DNA of 64,000 nt from a bacterium (GCA_025774245.1 JALGWI010000001.1:20599-84598); one strand, 5' to 3'; positions 1 to 9,471 are shown, numbered from the stretch's first letter. Notes: generated from the letters alone by a model not told the origin. Numbers and translations: made by a program.

Positions 1-249
1 CCGGCCCCGCTCGTCCGCGCCCTCAGGCCATGGATCTGGATCTACCCGGAGATGTCCGCCGAGTGGGGCTGCCGCGGCACGGACTGCGCGCTCTGTGTGC
101 GAAGCTGTCCGGTGACCGCCATCGAGATGAAGGACGGCATCCCGCTCGTCGACCGGCGGGCCTGCGTGGAGTGCCTGTGCTGCCACGAGGTCTGCCCGGA
201 GCACGCGGTGCGGGTGCGCCTCTCGTGGCTCGCCCGGAGGTTCGCCTGA
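1..249 (+). CDS. 3' end of a gene truncated by the window start. The encoded C-terminus is a 2x[4Fe-4S] ferredoxin-type domain.
   Basis: Frame 1 is open from nt 1 to the TGA at 247-249. The translation ...GCRGTDCALCVRSCPVTAIE...RACVECLCCHEVCPEHAV carries two CxxCxxCxxxCP cluster motifs. Track ORF 52..249 is the tail of this frame. Confidence 0.5.
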   Translation, partial: PAPLVRALRPWIWIYPEMSAEWGCRGTDCALCVRSCPVTAIEMKDGIPLVDRRACVECLCCHEVCPEHAVRVRLSWLARRFA

Positions 250-314
250 CGAACGCCGAGCGGGACCCGGCGGCTCACCGCCGACCGCGCCCCGATCGCA
301 GGAAGGAAGACGGG

Positions 315-1238
315 TTGTCCGAAGAGAGGAAGATCACGTTCGCCCATCGCCTGGAGTACGCAGCGACCAGAGCCGCGCAGGGGGTGATCTGCGCGCTCCC
401 GGCGGGCGCGGCCAGAGAGCTCGGCGCGAGCCTCGGAGACGCCGCCTTCTCGCTCGGCATCAGGCGGAAGGTCGTGCTCGGACACCTCGAGAGGATCTTC
501 GGCGACGAGTACTCGGAGGCGGAGCTCGAGCGGATCGCCAGGGAGTCGTACAGGAACTTCGGCCGGCTGACCTTCGAGTTCGGGCGCTTCACGAGGCTCG
601 ACGAGCGGGCGATCGAGAGGACGATCACACTGACGGGCGCCGAGCATCTCCGGGATGCGCTCGACGGCGGTAAGGGCGCGATCCTCGTTGCCGGGCACTT
701 GGGAAACTGGGAGGTCGCCGCGACGCTCGCCGCGCAGGGCTACCCGGTCACCTTCCTCGTCGGCGAGCAGCACAACATCCTGGTCGATCGGCTCATGAAC
801 CGGCTCCGCACGCGGTTCGGCGCCAGGATCGTGCCGGTGACCGGAAGCCTCATGGGCATTCTCCGGGCCCTCCGCGGGAACCGGATCGTCGCCATGCTCT
901 CAGACCAGGACGCCGGGACGAACGGGATCTTCGTCGACTTCCTCGGCCTCCCGGCCTCGACGCCCTACGGACCCGGGCGCTTCGCGGCCCGGACGGGCGC
1001 GCCGCTCCTCCCCGGACTGGCCGTTCGCCACGGCCGCTCGAAGCACGAGCTCGTGATCTGCCCGCCTGTTGCCCCCCCGCCCGAGGGCACATCGCCCGAA
1101 GAGGCGGCTCAATCCTACACGCAGGGGTACACGGCGGCCTTCGAACGGTTCATTCGGGAGCGTCCGGAGCAGTACTTCTGGATGCACCGCCGGTGGAAGA
1201 CGCGGCCCCTCACGGAAACGACCGACGCCGGGCGGTAG
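315..1238 (+). CDS. Lipid A biosynthesis acyltransferase of the LpxL/HtrB (lysophospholipid acyltransferase) family
   Basis: Track ORF 30..1238. From L96 (TTG at 315, preceded by GGAAGGAAG) the protein reads like an LpxL-family acyltransferase (HLGNWE..., ...QYFWMHRRWK C-terminus typical of HtrB/LpxL). The upstream 30..314 part of the ORF overlaps the 3' end of the preceding gene and is R/P-rich. Confidence 0.6.
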   Translation: MSEERKITFAHRLEYAATRAAQGVICALPAGAARELGASLGDAAFSLGIRRKVVLGHLERIFGDEYSEAELERIARESYRNFGRLTFEFGRFTRLDERAIERTITLTGAEHLRDALDGGKGAILVAGHLGNWEVAATLAAQGYPVTFLVGEQHNILVDRLMNRLRTRFGARIVPVTGSLMGILRALRGNRIVAMLSDQDAGTNGIFVDFLGLPASTPYGPGRFAARTGAPLLPGLAVRHGRSKHELVICPPVAPPPEGTSPEEAAQSYTQGYTAAFERFIRERPEQYFWMHRRWKTRPLTETTDAGR

Positions 1239-1271
1239 CCCGGCGCCGGTGCCTCGAATCTGCTCGTCCTC

Positions 1272-1844
1272 CTACAGGAACACGCTGAACCCGGCACGGA
1301 GTCCGATCTGGTGCCCGGTGATGTCCTCCGCGAAGAGCCCGTTCATCTGGTGGTAGTAGTAGGCCTCGAAGTTGAGACAGGCGCTGTCGGTGAAGAACAC
1401 CCGGAGCCCACCGACGAGGGCCGGGAGAACCCACATCGTCTCGTACTCGGTGTCCTCGGAGTCGCTGGCGCTCGCGAGGCCGAGGCCGGCCCCGACGTAC
1501 GGCACCGTCGTACCGCCCCCGTTGAAGTGGTAGAGCACGCCGAACTGCGCGCCGTAGATCGTCTGGCTCCAGTCGCCCCAGAAGTCGTCGCTCGCATAGA
1601 TGATCGGCACGCCGAACGCGAGCTCCCAGTTGTCGGCGACGAAGTACCCGTAGCTCGGCATGAACTCGATCACGGTCTCGGCGGCCGTGTCGTCGTAGTC
1701 CTTGTGGGAGTACGAGGTCCGATCGAACGTGAACCTCCCGGACAGCTCGTGCGAGCCCTTGTCGAGCGGGCCCGACAGGGCGACCGACGAGGACAGGAGG
1801 ACCACCAGGACGGCCACGAACACGACCAGGAACGGTGCTCTCAT
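1272..1844 (-). CDS. Outer-membrane beta-barrel protein (small porin/OmpW-like) with an N-terminal signal peptide
   Basis: Within track ORF 1272..1922. Start at M27 (MRAPFLVVFVAVLVVLLSSSVALSG..., signal-peptide-like). GGAGG lies 6 nt upstream on the minus strand. The sequence has alternating aromatic/hydrophobic beta-strand character and ends ...GLRAGFSVFL. Confidence 0.6.
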   Translation of the reverse strand: MRAPFLVVFVAVLVVLLSSSVALSGPLDKGSHELSGRFTFDRTSYSHKDYDDTAAETVIEFMPSYGYFVADNWELAFGVPIIYASDDFWGDWSQTIYGAQFGVLYHFNGGGTTVPYVGAGLGLASASDSEDTEYETMWVLPALVGGLRVFFTDSACLNFEAYYYHQMNGLFAEDITGHQIGLRAGFSVFL

Positions 1845-2022
1845 CGTCTCCCTCCATTCTGCTCCGGCGTCGAAACAGGGGACAGGCCCCCGGAGCTCCG
1901 AGGGGCCCCGCCGCTCCGCCACCGAATGCCTGACCTACTCATGGGACGCACCACGGCGTCCCACTCCGATTGAGTCTTAGCGGAATGAAGGCAAGGAAGT
2001 GAAGGGAGAATGCGATGAGCGG

Positions 2023-2970
2023 TCATTCAGGACGGTCGCGCGCACCGGGCAGGATCGGCACCAACGAGAAGGGAGCCGCCTCGCGACGGCTCCCTTTCGA
2101 TGCTGCTCGTGCTGGAACGTGCCGTGGCCGGGCTAGCTCCCCCAGCCGACGTAGAGACCGAATCCCCACAGGGCGGAGCACGCCGTTCTGCATGGTGTAC
2201 TCGAAGGCCGGGTTGATCCAGACGCCGTTCTCGGCGCTGTTCTCGACGGTCGTGCGGGCCGTGATCTCCTCGTCCGCGTCTCCCCCGAAGTAGCCGTCAG
2301 CATCGAACCGGAGCTGCATCACCTCGCTGAGGTAGTACGTGTACCCCAGCATGAAGTGGACTTCGCTTCCCGGAGTGTACTTCTCCGTCCCGCGGGCGAC
2401 GTCCGTCTCATTCGCCATTCTGTACCGGTAGCCGAGCGAGCCGTAGAACATGCCGGGGCCCGCCGGGAAATCGGCCAGGAGCGCGACGTCGACGTCGTAC
2501 TGGCCCGACCCGGTGGGAAGATCGCCCGCATCCGGCTCGTTGTCGCCCAACGGGATCTTCACGCCGAGCTGGGCGGTGACCGCCGGCTCAGGCATGAACA
2601 TCCAGCGCGCGTAGGTCCAGAGATCGCCCAGGCTGGAGCCCGACACGTCATCGGCGCCGTCCTGCGAGTACGAGTCGCTGAGGTATCCGGGGATAGCGCC
2701 GAGCTCGAACTGGTCGTTGAAAGCGTAGTAGAGATCGATCGGCACCCAGATCCGGGTGCCGCTCCCGTTGTCCGCGAAGTCGTAGCTGCTGCCCTCGTGG
2801 TCGTACCCCTTGTCCGCCATGAAGTAGTAGAAGGTGGCGTCGAGGCCGAACGTGCCGGCCGCGTGAGTCGTCGCCGTGCGGCGCGTGTAGAGGACGTCGT
2901 ACGCGCTGGCGGGAGCCGCCAGGGCGACGATCAGCGCTATGGCCACCACAAACAGAATTCCGCGTCTCAT
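2023..2970 (-). CDS. Second outer-membrane beta-barrel protein, with signal peptide and a possible frameshift near the 3' end
   Basis: Within track ORF 2023..3534. Start at M189 (MRRGILFVVAIALIVALAAPASAYD, signal peptide) with GGAGG upstream on the minus strand. The body is Y/F/G/D-rich and beta-barrel-like. The last ~50 codons are Arg/Pro-rich low complexity, whereas the adjacent frame reads LWGFGLYVGWGS*, ending at 2134. Confidence 0.5.
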   Translation of the reverse strand: MRRGILFVVAIALIVALAAPASAYDVLYTRRTATTHAAGTFGLDATFYYFMADKGYDHEGSSYDFADNGSGTRIWVPIDLYYAFNDQFELGAIPGYLSDSYSQDGADDVSGSSLGDLWTYARWMFMPEPAVTAQLGVKIPLGDNEPDAGDLPTGSGQYDVDVALLADFPAGPGMFYGSLGYRYRMANETDVARGTEKYTPGSEVHFMLGYTYYLSEVMQLRFDADGYFGGDADEEITARTTVENSAENGVWINPAFEYTMQNGVLRPVGIRSLRRLGELARPRHVPARAASKGSRREAAPFSLVPILPGARDRPE

Positions 2971-3197
2971 TCGTGTGCCTCCTGGTTGGTTCATGTCTGC
3001 CATTCGAACATCCAACGTGAACCCCCGGCGGGGTTCGGGTCGGTTCTCGTCAGTGTTCACCTCCTTCTGGCTGGTCGGGGCCTCGCGCCCCATCTTCCCC
3101 AGAAATCCTCGGTTGTCTGGTGCGAGCCGCCCGACCCCTCCGGTCGGCACGCCCTGTTCGAGTCTCCTTTCCGTGCTCTCCGGCCAGAGCCGGATCT

Positions 3198-3488
3198 CTA
3201 CTGGAAACCTATCTGCTTCCCGGGCTGGTTCTCGCCTGCCGTGCTGATCTCTCCGTGCTTCTCCTCGTACCTCGCGATGTTCCCTTCGAGCGCCTTCAGG
3301 AGCGCCTTGGCGTTCTGCGGGGCCATGACGACCCTGGCGTGGACCCGGCTCTTCTTGGCGCCGGGCAGCACGCGGATGAAGTCGACGACGAACTCGGCGG
3401 GGGAGTGGGTGATGACGGCGAAGTTGGCGTAGATGCCTTCGGCCTCTTCGTCGCGAAGCTCGATGTTGATCTTCTTCTGCTCGGGCAT
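3198..3488 (-). CDS. Small DUF3467-like protein (96 aa)
   Basis: Within track ORF 3198..3863. Start at MPEQKKINIELRDEEAEGIYANFAVITHSPAEFVVDFIRVLPGAKK..., preceded by GGAGG on the minus strand. The 5' part of the ORF is read-through. Confidence 0.55.
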   Translation of the reverse strand: MPEQKKINIELRDEEAEGIYANFAVITHSPAEFVVDFIRVLPGAKKSRVHARVVMAPQNAKALLKALEGNIARYEEKHGEISTAGENQPGKQIGFQ

Positions 3489-4077
3489 ACGCTCCTCCGC
3501 TGCACCGGTCCGTCTCGCGCCCCGCCACAAGCAAGTCGGCGCAAACATATGAGCGGCCGGGAGGGTTGTCAAGTGAATATTGGGGCGGCGGTTAGCAAGC
3601 TTCGTGCCACCCGTCGGAAGCGGTGCAGTCGCGCCGCCGTCCGTGACGCAGTGTGTTCGCTCCGTTCGGGCGCTCGGACCGCCGCATCGGGAGCGCACGC
3701 TCGGGGCAGCTTCCCTCCCTCTCATCTCTCCAGCTCGCGCCCCGCTGGTTGACGTCCCGCGCCGGTTGTGCACGTGTTGGACTCGCTCGGAGATCGCAGG
3801 GTGTCGGGACGCGTGACCGTCACCGACGGACCGGCGCCTCGAGTGTGGTCGGACGCAACGCAAGCTCGATCGGCCCGCACGACGGAGGCCCGGGGGCCAC
3901 GCGCCGGGAAGCGACGAGCTATCAGCTTTGCTGCACTATTCGCTTGACAGGTTTCGGCGGAGATGATATTGTGGGCTTGAATGATTGACACATGGTAAGA
4001 ACTGTGGGATAGGACAACGCGGAACTTCTGAGATTATGCGGCTTTGTCGGTTGTCCGAGCTGTAGGCTGGAGGGGCT

Positions 4078-4941
4078 ATGGTTACGGAGCTGAAGAAGTT
4101 GGACACCTCCGGGACGACGACCGAGCTGGATCGGAGTGCTGTGATCCAGGTGTATGAAGACGTGTTCGCGAATCGCAGACGGAGGTTTCCGAACAACTTC
4201 TTCCGTGGCGAAGCCGGGCGCGTGCGCGCCGCGATCATCACGCGGTATCTCCTCGAGGACAAACTCGGGATCAGAGTCGAGGACATACCTCGGGCGATCC
4301 ACAAGAAGCTCTTCTATGAGAATGGTCTGACCTGGATGTTGGGAAGTTGTTTCGACTGGTCACCGTACAAAGCGATCGACAACGCGTACCCGGGTCGATT
4401 CCACAAGTGGCAGTTCAATGTCAAGGGTATGTGGCAGGGCCCCGACCGCTTCAAGCTCGCCGCCGAGGCGACCCGGTGGATGATCGAGACTGTCGAGGGC
4501 GTGCCGGTCGATGAGATTCCGCAGCGGATCTCGGCGACGACGTTTGGCAAGTACAACCTCCGCGGAATGCTGTCGGTCTGTTTCCGCGGTTCGTTCTTCC
4601 GCGCCATCGAGAACGCGTACCCGGGGAGATTCCATCCTTGGGAGTTCCGCAACGTGCCGAAGAACTTCTGGCAGGGCGACCAGGGCCTCGTGAACGCGCG
4701 CCGCGCAACGCGCTGGCTCTGCGAGGAGACGCTGGGTGTTGAGAAGGAGCGCGTCTTCCAGGACGTGACGTACCACCTGTTCCGCGAGCACGGACTGGGG
4801 GGGATGCTGACCGGCTGTTTCTCCGGATCGTCGATCCAGGCGCTCCACAACGCCTACCCGGATCTCATCGTGCCCAAGCATCCCAAGCGCAAGCCGAGGA
4901 AGAGAAGGACGATCGAACCTGTCAAGTTGACGGAGGCGTAG
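4078..4941 (+). CDS. Hypothetical protein built of three internal ~75-aa repeats with the motif ...GML..CF.GS...AI.NAYPGRFHPW.F, plus a Lys/Arg-rich C-terminal tail. Family unknown.
   Basis: Track ORF with GGAGGGG RBS and ATG start. The repeats are ENGLTWMLGSCFDWSPYKAIDNAYPGRFHKWQF / YNLRGMLSVCFRGSFFRAIENAYPGRFHPWEF / EHGLGGMLTGCFSGSSIQALHNAYPDLIVPKH. The gene sits in a visibly lower-GC island (~3.9-4.95 kb). Confidence 0.55.
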   Translation: MVTELKKLDTSGTTTELDRSAVIQVYEDVFANRRRRFPNNFFRGEAGRVRAAIITRYLLEDKLGIRVEDIPRAIHKKLFYENGLTWMLGSCFDWSPYKAIDNAYPGRFHKWQFNVKGMWQGPDRFKLAAEATRWMIETVEGVPVDEIPQRISATTFGKYNLRGMLSVCFRGSFFRAIENAYPGRFHPWEFRNVPKNFWQGDQGLVNARRATRWLCEETLGVEKERVFQDVTYHLFREHGLGGMLTGCFSGSSIQALHNAYPDLIVPKHPKRKPRKRRTIEPVKLTEA

Positions 4942-5137
4942 ACGGGGACGTCGCACTCTCGACCGAGCTTCCGACGATCATCCGCGGCCGGTTCGCAGCA
5001 GCGAGCCGGCCGCGTTTCGTGCTGTCCGGAGACCGCACGCCGGCGGTCGGCGGGAGCGCGCGCGGGCTTGACTCCCTCGGGGCCATCCTCTAGCATTCAC
5101 GTGCCCGCGGCTACGACGCTGCAACGGAGGTGCGAAC

Positions 5138-6148
5138 GTGGCGACGATCGAGCAGTCGAGACTCACGGAAATCGTCGGGAGGTTCCCCTCGCTCAGGGTA
5201 GCGATCCTGGGCGATCTGATGCTCGACCGGTACGTCTGGGGACAGGTCACCCGCATCTCGCCGGAGGCTCCGGTCCCGGTCGTTGAGGTCACGAGGGACA
5301 GCGTCCGGTTCGGCGGCGCGGCGAACGTTGCCGAGAATGTCGCTGCGCTCGGCGCGTCGGCGGCGCTCATCGGCGTGGTCGGCGAGGACGCCGCGGGGAA
5401 CCAGCTCGTGTCGCTCCTGGGAGAGAGGGGCGTCGACGTCGGCGGCGTCGTCCGGGTGCCCGGACGGCCGACGACGACCAAGACGAGGATCATCGCCCAC
5501 AATCAGCAGGTCGTGCGCGCCGACCGCGAGTCGACGGTCGACCTTCCGGAGGAGAACCGCGCGGCGGTCGTCGAGGCGCTCCGCGCGGCGCTCGAGACCG
5601 CCGATGCGCTCGTCGTCTCCGACTACGGAAAGGGCGTCATCACCGAGTCGACGCTCGCCGCTGCCGTCTCGGCGGCTCGGGACGGCGGGAAGATCGTCTG
5701 CGTCGACCCGAAGGAATCCCACTTCCTGAGTTACGTCGGCGTGACGGCGATCACGCCGAACCAGATCGAGGCGGGGAACGCGGCCGGCACGAGGATCACG
5801 GACGAGGCGTCGCTCGAGATGGTCGGTTGGGCGCTCCAGGAGCGGCTCGGTGCGGAGTGCGTTCTCATCACCCGGGGAGAGCACGGGATGGCCCTCTTCA
5901 TGAAGGGGGGAGATCTCGTCTATCTCCCGACGGTGGCGCGAGAGGTCTACGACGTCACCGGGGCCGGCGACACGGTCGTGAGCACGCTCGCGGTCGCGCT
6001 CGCCGCCGGCGCGACCATGGTGGAGGCGGCGATCGTCTCCAACCACGCTGCGGGCGTCGTGATCCGCGAGATCGGCACGGCCTCCGTCGTGCCCGAGGAG
6101 ATCGTGCGCTCGTTCGCGGAGGAGGGGGAGGACGCCGTTCATGGGTAG
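5138..6148 (+). CDS. hldA: D-glycero-beta-D-manno-heptose-7-phosphate kinase (RfaE domain I homolog, PfkB family)
   Basis: GTG start with GGAGG upstream. The N-terminal motif ILGDLMLDRYVWGQVTRISPEAPVPVV is the hallmark of RfaE domain I. A PfkB C-terminal GAGD motif is present (DVTGAGDTV). Confidence 0.75.
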   Translation: MATIEQSRLTEIVGRFPSLRVAILGDLMLDRYVWGQVTRISPEAPVPVVEVTRDSVRFGGAANVAENVAALGASAALIGVVGEDAAGNQLVSLLGERGVDVGGVVRVPGRPTTTKTRIIAHNQQVVRADRESTVDLPEENRAAVVEALRAALETADALVVSDYGKGVITESTLAAAVSAARDGGKIVCVDPKESHFLSYVGVTAITPNQIEAGNAAGTRITDEASLEMVGWALQERLGAECVLITRGEHGMALFMKGGDLVYLPTVAREVYDVTGAGDTVVSTLAVALAAGATMVEAAIVSNHAAGVVIREIGTASVVPEEIVRSFAEEGEDAVHG

Positions 6149-6626
6149 GATCGTGTCGCGGGAAGAGCTGGCGAACGACTGCGAGCGGGCCAGAACCATG
6201 GGTCTCACGGTCGTCTTCACGAACGGGTGTTTCGACATTCTCCATCGCGGCCACGTGCACTACCTCGCCAGGGCGAAGGAGCTGGGTGACGTCCTCGTCA
6301 TCGGGGTGAACACGGACCGCTCGGTGCGGGAACTCAAGGGGCCCGGCCGGCCGATCGTTCCGGAGGAGGACCGGGCGGCCGTCCTGGCCGCGCTGGCGGC
6401 GGTCGACCTCGTCTGCCTCTTCGACGAGCCGACGCCCTACGAGCTCGTCCAGGCCTGCCAGCCGGACGTGATCGTCAAGGGCGCGGGGTACACGCGCGAG
6501 ACGATCGTGGGGGCCGACATCGTCGAGGCCCGGGGCGGGAAGGTCGTCGCCGTCGAGGCCCTCGAAGGACGGTCGACGCGGTCGATCATCGAGAGGATCC
6601 GAGACGAAGGCCGCGGCCGGACGTGA
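6141..6626 (+). CDS. hldC: D-glycero-beta-D-manno-heptose-1-phosphate adenylyltransferase (RfaE domain II homolog, cytidylyltransferase fold)
   Basis: The ORF overlaps the kinase stop by 8 nt. The FTNGCFDILHRGHVHYL nucleotidyltransferase motif is present. Size ~160 aa. Confidence 0.75.
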   Translation: MGRIVSREELANDCERARTMGLTVVFTNGCFDILHRGHVHYLARAKELGDVLVIGVNTDRSVRELKGPGRPIVPEEDRAAVLAALAAVDLVCLFDEPTPYELVQACQPDVIVKGAGYTRETIVGADIVEARGGKVVAVEALEGRSTRSIIERIRDEGRGRT

Positions 6627-6931
6627 CCCGCGCTCGGTCGGGTCGACGCGGTCCGTGGTCCGCTCGCAGGCTTCGCCCACCCTGCGGTGCCTTTCCTGAT
6701 CAACTCCTCACTCTTTCGCTGGACTCGTTTGGCGGGATGAGTTATCATAGCTTTCTTGGCTGACTCGGGGCGGTGGTCGGAAACCGCCCGCACTCTTTGA
6801 TCCGGGGATCCCCCGCTGGGCAGCGCCCCCAGGCGCGTGATCACGGGGGCTCTCTTGCGCAGAGCCCGGACGAAACGGCGAGGTCCGTCCGGCTCGTCTG
6901 AATGCACCAGGTGGACTTCAAAGGAGGAGGG

Positions 6932-8242
6932 ATGCAGAGGCGACGTGTCGTGATCATGGGAGCGGCCGGGAGGGACTTCCACAACTTCAATCTCGTCTAC
7001 CGCGACCGCCAGTCGCACGAGGTCGTCGCCTTCACCGCGACGCAGATTCCGGACATCGCCGGAAGGGCGTACCCGGCTGAGCTCGCCGGCTCGCTCTACC
7101 CGCACGGCATCCCGATCCACCCCGAAGAAGATCTCCCCGCTCTCATCGCCGAGCACAAGATCGACGACGTCGTCTTCGCCTACAGCGACGTGCCGCACGA
7201 GTACGTGATGCACAAGGCTTCGCAGGTGAACGCTCTCGGGCCGCACTTCCTCCTGCTCGGCGCTGAGGAGACCATGGTGAAGTCGAAGCGGCCGGTCGTT
7301 TCGATCTGCGCCGTCCGGACCGGCTGCGGCAAGAGTCAGACGACGCGGAGCGTCGCGGAGATCCTCACCGGGCAGGGGAAGCGCGTGGTCGTCATCCGCC
7401 ACCCGATGCCGTACGGCGACCTCAGGGATCAGATCTGGCAGCGCTTCGGCGAGTACGACGACATGATCCGCGAGAAGTGCACGATCGAGGAGATGGAGGA
7501 GTACGAGCCGCACATCGCGCGCGGAAACGTCGTGTACGCGGGCGTCGACTACGAGCGCATCCTCGAGGAGGCGGAGAAGGAGGCCGACGTCGTTCTCTGG
7601 GACGGCGGGAACAACGACGCCTCTTTCTACGTTCCCGACCTCCTCATCGTCGTGGTGGACCCGCACCGCGTCGGCCACGAGCTCACGTACTACCCGGGCG
7701 AGCAGAACCTCAGGAGCGCCGACGTCGTCCTCATCAATAAGGAGGACACGGCCAGACTCGAAGACATCGAGCAGCTTCAGAAGAACATCGCTTCGGTCAA
7801 CCCGGACGCCGCGATCATCCATGCGCACTCGCCGGTCACCTTCGAGGAGAAGGTCGACCTCAAGGGCCTGAAGGTCCTCGTCGTCGAGGACGGCCCGACG
7901 CTGACCCACGGCGGCATGAAGATCGGCGCGGGCACCGTCGGGGCGCTCGCCGCCGGGGCCGTTCCGGTCGACGCGAGGGAGCACGCCACCGGGAAGATCG
8001 CGGAGATGTACGAGAAGTATCCGTCGATCGGTACGCTCCTCCCGGCCGCCGGCTACAGCCCGGAGCAGGTGGCCGACCTCGAGGCCACCATCAACGCCGT
8101 CGACTGCGACTACGTGATCATCGGCACGCCGATCGACCTCCGCAAGCTCATCGACATCAAGAAGCCGAGTGTGAGGGTAAGCTACGAGCTCGAGGTCGTC
8201 GGCGGCCCGAGTCTCGAGGACGTTCTTTCGGACGCGCTCTGA
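6932..8242 (+). CDS. Cyclic 2,3-diphosphoglycerate synthetase-like P-loop protein (cpgS family), by motif recollection
   Basis: Within track ORF 6902..8242. Start at M11 (ATG 6932, AGGAGG 6 nt upstream). N-terminus VIMGAAGRDFHNFN. Walker A CAVRTGCGKSQTTRSV. ~437 aa. Confidence 0.45.
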   Translation: MQRRRVVIMGAAGRDFHNFNLVYRDRQSHEVVAFTATQIPDIAGRAYPAELAGSLYPHGIPIHPEEDLPALIAEHKIDDVVFAYSDVPHEYVMHKASQVNALGPHFLLLGAEETMVKSKRPVVSICAVRTGCGKSQTTRSVAEILTGQGKRVVVIRHPMPYGDLRDQIWQRFGEYDDMIREKCTIEEMEEYEPHIARGNVVYAGVDYERILEEAEKEADVVLWDGGNNDASFYVPDLLIVVVDPHRVGHELTYYPGEQNLRSADVVLINKEDTARLEDIEQLQKNIASVNPDAAIIHAHSPVTFEEKVDLKGLKVLVVEDGPTLTHGGMKIGAGTVGALAAGAVPVDAREHATGKIAEMYEKYPSIGTLLPAAGYSPEQVADLEATINAVDCDYVIIGTPIDLRKLIDIKKPSVRVSYELEVVGGPSLEDVLSDAL

Positions 8243-8318
8243 TCGGGCACGCGCGGGCGGGAAGGCAGTGCCGCCGCCGGCGCAATCCCGACGCGCGCGA
8301 CCATCGAGGGAGGCGCCA

Positions 8319-9458
8319 TTGAAGATCCACGAGTATCAGGCGAAGGAGATCCTCATGCGCCACGGCGTCCCGATCCCGCGGTTCGAGATCGTGACGACGC
8401 CGGCGGACGCCAGGAAGGCGGCCGAGGACATCGGGAGGATGGTGGTCGTCAAGGCGCAGGTTCACGTCGGCGGGCGCGGGAAGGCCGGCGGCGTGAAGCT
8501 CGCCAAGACCGCGGATGAGGCCGAGGCTCACGCCTCGAACATCCTCGGAATGGACATCAAGGGCCTCACGGTCGAGAAGATCATGATCTCGGACGCCGTC
8601 GATATCGACCGGGAGTACTACATCGGGATGATCGTCGACCGCCAGACGAAGAAGCCCGTCTACATGGTGAGCGAGGCGGGCGGGATCGACATCGAGCAGG
8701 TCGCGAACGAGACCCCCGAGAAGATCCACAAGCTGGCCATCAACCCGGTGAAGGGCCTCTCCGCCGCCGACGCCTCGACCCTGGCCGCGAAGATCGAGTC
8801 GCGTCCCGAGGTGGCCGCGAAGGTCGCCGAGTTCATCACGAAGCTCTACGACGGCTTCATCGGGAGCGACGCGTCGCTGGCCGAGATCAACCCGCTCGTC
8901 GTCACGCCGGACGGGGAGGTGTGGGCCGTCGACGCCAAGATGAACATCGACGACAACGCGCTCTACCGCCACCCCGACATCGCCGAGATGCGCGATCCCG
9001 CGGGCGAGACCGACGAAGTGAGGAAGGCGAGGGAGATGGGGCTCTCCTACGTCAAGCTCGACGGCAACGTCGGGTGCCTCGTCAACGGCGCCGGGCTGGC
9101 GATGACCACGATGGACGTCATCCAGCACTACGGCGGCGCGCCGGCGAACTTCCTCGACATCGGCGGAAGCTCGAGTCCCGACAAGGTCGTCACCGCGCTC
9201 GAGATCATCACGTCCGACCCGAACGTCAGGTCGATCCTCATCAACATCTTCGGCGGGATCACGCGCTGCGACGACGTGGCCAGAGGCCTCGTGCAGGCGC
9301 TCGAGCAGACGTCGATCGAGATCCCGATCGTGGTGCGGCTGACCGGGACCAACGAGGACGAAGCCAGGAAGATCCTGGCCAAGCACCAGTTCGTCTCCGC
9401 CACCACGATGGACGAGGCGGTCGAGAAGGCTGTCGAGCTGGCGAAGCAGCCGGCGTAG
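8319..9458 (+). CDS. sucC: Succinyl-CoA synthetase (ADP-forming) beta subunit
   Basis: Within track ORF 8268..9458. TTG start at L18 ([12 protein letters not shown]...) with GAGGGAGG upstream. ATP-grasp and ligase-CoA motifs are present throughout. Confidence 0.85.
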   Translation: MKIHEYQAKEILMRHGVPIPRFEIVTTPADARKAAEDIGRMVVVKAQVHVGGRGKAGGVKLAKTADEAEAHASNILGMDIKGLTVEKIMISDAVDIDREYYIGMIVDRQTKKPVYMVSEAGGIDIEQVANETPEKIHKLAINPVKGLSAADASTLAAKIESRPEVAAKVAEFITKLYDGFIGSDASLAEINPLVVTPDGEVWAVDAKMNIDDNALYRHPDIAEMRDPAGETDEVRKAREMGLSYVKLDGNVGCLVNGAGLAMTTMDVIQHYGGAPANFLDIGGSSSPDKVVTALEIITSDPNVRSILINIFGGITRCDDVARGLVQALEQTSIEIPIVVRLTGTNEDEARKILAKHQFVSATTMDEAVEKAVELAKQPA

Positions 9459-9471
9459 CAAGGAGGCAGGC

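Noticed and set aside
30-314. N-terminal 95 residues of the 402-aa ORF 30..1238
   Set aside because: This part overlaps the 3' end of the upstream ferredoxin-domain gene in another frame and is R/P/G-rich. TTG at 315 with GGAAGGAAG upstream gives a normal-length LpxL-family protein.
3489-3863. 5' extension of the DUF3467 ORF (221 aa as listed)
   Set aside because: The conserved small-protein sequence begins at MPEQKK, with GGAGG immediately upstream. The upstream 125 codons are R/S/G-rich read-through without a start context.
6627-6931. Possible tRNA or known riboswitch in the long leader before the cpgS-like gene
   Set aside because: I tried to fold the TAGCTTTCTTGG / GGTCGGAAACCGCC stretch as D- and T-arms. 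The T-loop does not match TTCRANY and no acceptor stem pairs. It is kept only as an unexplained structured leader.
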